This document shows positions 59,541-64,000 of a stretch of DNA of 64,000 nucleotides, piece after piece (within the stretch, counting starts at the first letter, position 1; every line of letters starts with the position of its first letter). The DNA is from Zygnema circumcarinatum SAG 698-1b (lineage: Eukaryota > Plantae > Zygnematophyceae): the NCBI GenBank assembly GCA_037447605.1, contig CM074811.1:620001-684000 (forward strand), given 5' to 3'. Made by a program: the position numbers and the translations under genes. The notes under the pieces were generated by a model. It saw only the letters and a program-made list of their open reading frames with translations, ran no database searches and had not been told where the DNA came from.

Positions 59541-62500
59541 ATGGGCACGCTTGAATACCAAGTAGAGCTTCCGGACGCTATTTCAGTTCCAGTTCCGACG
59601 GACGGCATGGAGCCAGTCCTGTATGTGAATGGACGGCGGCGGACTCTGCCTGACGGCCGCGCGGAAACCACACTGCTGGAGTACCTGCGGGGTACTGCTC
59701 TTGAGCTGAGCTGGGGTTCAGGGTCGCAGAGGGGAGCTCAGAGTTTTGAAAATTAGGGCTTTGGAGCAGCGGAGGGAGGCAGTTAGTGTGGGGAGGGGAG
59801 GAGCCCATGCGGGAGAACTGGAGACAGCTGGAGAGAGAGAGCAAGCAGAGAGGGGGAGGGAGTAGAGAGGGAGAGGTAGTGGAGAGGGCGAGGAAGCAAA
59901 GGGGGAGGGAGTATAGAGGGAGCGGGAGAGGGAGTGGAGAGGAAGAGGAAGCAGAGAGGTGGAGGGAGTAAAGAGGGAAGGAGTGGAGAGGGAGAGAAAG
60001 CAGGGAGGGGAAGGGAGTGGAGAGGGCGAGGAAGCAGAGGGGAAGGCAGTATAGAGGGAGAGGGAGAGGGAGTGGAGAGGGAGAGGAAGCAGAGATGGGG
60101 AGGGAGTAGAGAGGGAGAGGGAGAGGGAGTTGATAGGGGGAGGGAGTGGAGAGGGAGAGGAGGCTGGTTTTACTATATTTAATTTGGACGCAGTCTTATT
60201 TGGGCTTGTCAGAAGTTGATCTGCTAAGGAAGGCTTTCTGCCTTCCCATTTCTTTTTTCGGATGCGTTATTTTTTTTCTATTGGTGGGGCTTCCAGAAAT
60301 TGGGCTGCCCGGCACAAAACTTGGGTGTGGAGAAGGCGGATGCGGAGCATGCACAGTTATGGTCTCACATTACGACCATGGCGTGAAGAAAATTGTGTAT
60401 CCACTTCGCCTTTTGAGGGTTGTTAAATTGGAGGGGAAGAGAGAGTGAGTGTGGGGGGTACAATGTGGGGACTGAAATGCCATGTTAGTGTGTTCACGTG
60501 TTTGTTTGTTTTTTTTTTTTTTATATGTATAGGAGTTTTGGGCTGAGGAGGTGGGGGGTTGTGGGAATTGGGAATTGGGAAAGGGGAAGTGAAGGTCGGG
60601 GAAGGAGCAGTGAGTTATGGGAGGGAGAGAGGGTTTGTGGGAGAGTGAGTGAGAAGAGATGTGAAAAGAGAGCAAGGGAAAGGAAGAGCAGAGATAGGGA
60701 GAGAGATTTGATTTGGGGGAGACAAGGGAAGAGATGGTGAGAAGTTAAGGGAGGGAGGGAAAGGTGAGAAGGAGAGACTGGGGAAGGATGGGAGTAGGCG
60801 GAGTAGTGAGAAAGCTGAGAAGGTTGAGAAAGACACTATTTGTCGATAGCTTTTTCAAACTGCTTTTCCTTGACTTCTATGATAGACACCGTTCCGTGAA
60901 TGCGTGTTTGGCTCCTCTCTATTCTGTGGAGGGAATGCATGTAGTCACCGTTGAAGGCATCGGAAACCGTCACGATGGACTGCATCCAGTTCAGGTAGCT
61001 TCTCCTCTCAAATTTCCCGAACTATAGGTGAAGTTTATGCAGATCATGTTAATCTAACCTTTTTTTTTTTCCTAATTTTCAGGGCAACCTAATGGTTTAG
61101 TTTTCACTTCTAAACTTCATTTTCATTTTCACTTCTTTAAAATGTATTTTCAGGAACGTCTCTCAAAGGCCCACGGGTCACAATGCGGTTTCTGCACACC
61201 CGGTTTCGTGATGTCTATGTACTCTCTGCTCCGTTCTTCTCCGTCAGCCCCTACGGAAGAAGAAATTGAAGAAAACTTAGCAGGGAACCTCTGCAGATGC
61301 ACTGGATACAGACCTATTCTCGACGCATTTAAAGTTTTCGCAAAAAGTGATGGAAATGCTTACTCAGAAGACTCCTTAAAAGCAGCGGGAGTTTCCGTTA
61401 CAGCTACCGGTAACGGAACGGAGAAAGGTGTGGCTATATGTCCCTCCACAGGGCAGCCCTGTGACTGCAAAAAAGAGGCAAAACCAGAGGAAGCGAGTTT
61501 AGAAGCAGCTCCGTTGTGGGGCAGTACTACAGGGAACGGACTGAACGACGGGCATTTCCATGCTGCAACGGATAACGGAAACACAGAGCATGGAACAGTT
61601 GAGTCTGTAGCAAGGAAGAAGGGATATCCCACTACTTCTCCCGCTGAGCCCATTTTCCCCCCTGAGTTGATGAGCCGGAAACCGGGAAGTTTAAAGCTGG
61701 GCGGCTCTCGGGGTGCCACGTGGCACCGTCCGACCTCATTGGCTGAGCTGCTTGAACTCAAAGACATGTACCCATCAGCGAAATTGGTGGGAGGGAATTC
61801 AGAAATCGGAATTGAGCTCAAGTTCAAGCACATGGAGTGAGTATACATACAAAAACTTTACAGCTTTTGTGAACGCTAATCTTCTAGAGGTTGTTGCAAC
61901 CCTAAACATGCAGCAGCTGCGAATCTTACGAACTCAAACTTGCACATTTTAGGAGAGCTTCAGCAGCCCCAAAAACTGAAACTGAAGCACGGGGTCTTGT
62001 TAATCGTAAAATTCCTGAAATCTGTTCTTTCTCCCACTTATTTCCTGTTGCTATCTATGCAGGTATCCTCACCTGATCGGTACGACGGCGGTAACAGAAC
62101 TGAACTCCGTAAAAGAGGTTTCCGGAGGGTTGGAAATTGGAGGAGGGCTCACTCTCACCTGCCTCATGGATGCCTTAAAAGATGCAATTCGGAAGAGGGC
62201 AAAATGTGAAACAAAGGCATGTGCGGCTATTGTGGAGCAGCTACGCTGGTTTGCAGGAAGTCAGGTGAGGAACACAACTTTAGTTATTTGGAAACTCTTT
62301 AAATGACAAGAAATTGTAGAAATTTCTCTTCTCTTTCCGCCAGCTTTGTTAGGATTATAGCCTTGCCTTTAAGGGGTATTGACTCATTACTCTCAGTCTC
62401 AGCTCAGCCACTATTCATTGCCACTTTCTGCAGGGGCAGTGCATGTACTTTCTTAAAGCATTTTGTTCATCGTGCTTGTTTGAAGAGAATTACTTGTGGC

Positions 62501-63314
62501 TTTGTTTCTCTTTCCGGTGAAGTTTTTTTCAGTAAACTGATCGCGGTTCTCAGTATGAGTGCAGATCCGGAATGTTGCCTCTGTGGGCGGAAATATTTGC
62601 ACTGCGAGCCCCATTTCGGATTTAAATCCTCTCTGGATAGCAGCGGGAGCCACCTTCTGCCTCGCCTCTAAGGGCTCGAAAACACGCCACGTGTCGGCAC
62701 GAGATTTCTTCCTTGGATACCGAAAGGTCGACCTTCAAGCCACCGAAATTCTGAGCTCCATCTTCTTACCATGGTGAGGAGTAAAAAAAAAATTACCTCT
62801 AGGCTGCTTGTGAGTGCTCGGAGTTAGTTGTAAGAAAGCTTCCCATGCGAGGGGCAAATGTGTTGGAGAGAGAGAGAGAGAGAGAAAGAGTGAGAGAGAG
62901 AGAGCGGGAGAGAGAGAGAGAGACAAGAGGGGGATGGTAGAGAGCGTGAGAGAGGGAAGGCGGAGCGAAACTCTAATCTCGGTCTTTCAATGTTGTATGA
63001 TGGTAAACCTCAAAAAATTTACATTCCAGGACTCGCAAATACGAATATGTGAAAGAATTCAAACAAGCGCATCGAAAGGACGACGATATCGCCTTAGTCA
63101 ATGCCGGACTGAGAGTTCAGTTGGCAGAAAAAGACAAACAGTGGATCGTGGAGGGTGCCCGGTTGGCATATGGAGGAGTGGCAGCCCTCACAGTTTCCGC
63201 TAAAAAAACGGAAAACTTTCTGTTGGGAAAACCGTGGAACACAGCGACTTTGGAGGGAGGCCTTGCTGTGTTGAAAGATGAGATTGTTGTGCCAGACAAC
63301 GCACCAGGTGAATT

Positions 63315-63354
<40 letters not shown>

Positions 63355-64000
63355 CTCCTGCTCCATCCGCATTCGCTTTCTTTCCGTCTCCTTCCTCCTC
63401 TTCATATCGTTTTCGTTGTTTCCTTCTTCTCATCTCCTATTCTATCCTCCTTCTGTTCTCCTTCCCCTCTTCCCCCTTTTCCCCCTTCTCCTTCCTTCCT
63501 CAAATTCCCTCTGCAATCACTGCTTACCTTCCTTCTCCACCCCTTCCCTTCTCTTCACCCCTTCCCTCTCTTCATCTCTTTCCCTCCACCCCTTTTCGCC
63601 CTCCCTCCCCTCCCTCCTTCCCTCCCTTCCCTCCCCTCCCTCCCTCCCTCCTTCCCTCCCTCCCTCCCTCCCTCCCTCCCTCCCTCCCTCCCTCCCTCCC
63701 TCCCTCCTCCCTCCCTCCCTCCCTCCCTCCCTCCCTCCCTCCCTCCCTCCCTCCCTATCAGGCGGCATGGCCGAGTACCGCCGCTCTCTCGTGAGCAGCT
63801 TCTTCTTCAAGTTTTTCGTGCATGCTGCTCTCCAGCTGGAGGAGGAGGGAGGGGCCTCTCCCTCCTTCCCCGAGTCCTACCGCTCCGCCGCCTCTCCCTA
63901 TGAGAGGCCTCCCTCTCGCGGGCTGCAGTACTATGAGAGTGCCGGACCGGGACACGTGGCAGGCATGCCGACGATGCACATGTCGGCAGAGCTTCAGGTC
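59541..64000 (+). CDS. XDH1: Xanthine dehydrogenase, 3'-partial (2Fe-2S and FAD domains, start of Moco domain)
   Basis: Exons 59541-59691, 60297-60396, 60886-60993, 61154-61836, 62063-62264, 62565-62773, 63030-63307, 63762 onward. Motifs LYVNG...[93 protein letters not shown]. Confidence 0.97.

Noticed and set aside
31015-64000. PUMY and XDH as a nucleotide-catabolism gene cluster
   Set aside because: They are ~24 kb apart with five unrelated genes between them; chance co-location is sufficient without synteny data.

Overview
Eukaryotic, intron-rich nuclear DNA from the green-plant lineage. The proteins are land-plant-like and the introns are packed with GA/CT microsatellites, so a streptophyte alga or early-diverging plant is the likely source (inference). 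Most ORF-track entries are low-complexity artefacts. Splicing by hand (GT-AG, phase-checked) gives ten recognisable genes: 5'-partial SPIKE1-type DOCK RhoGEF (+), TM9SF/EMP70 (+), leishmanolysin-like M8 metalloprotease (-), pseudouridine-5'-phosphate glycosidase (-), an F-box/LRR protein (-), plastid fibrillin (-), UFD1 (-), BCD1/ZNHIT6 (-), Ycf20-like (+) and 3'-partial xanthine dehydrogenase (+). I saw no rRNA, tRNA, snRNA, CRISPR array or intact transposase. The best second-look items are: (1) a peroxisomal -SRL signal made by a 13-bp triple repeat read in three frames; (2) a 938-bp fold-back element with an 8-bp TSD and an inverted CCAAT/ACGT module on its axis; (3) a three-copy dispersed repeat upstream of genes; (4) a 39-bp hairpin duplicated in both introns flanking BCD1 exon 2; (5) a perfect 10x22-bp telomere-variant array; (6) dense GTAC clusters, one near a Cys-rich exon or uORF. 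None is proven to be a new system. Homology calls are from recognition of motifs, not database searches. Five 10-N gaps limit certainty locally.
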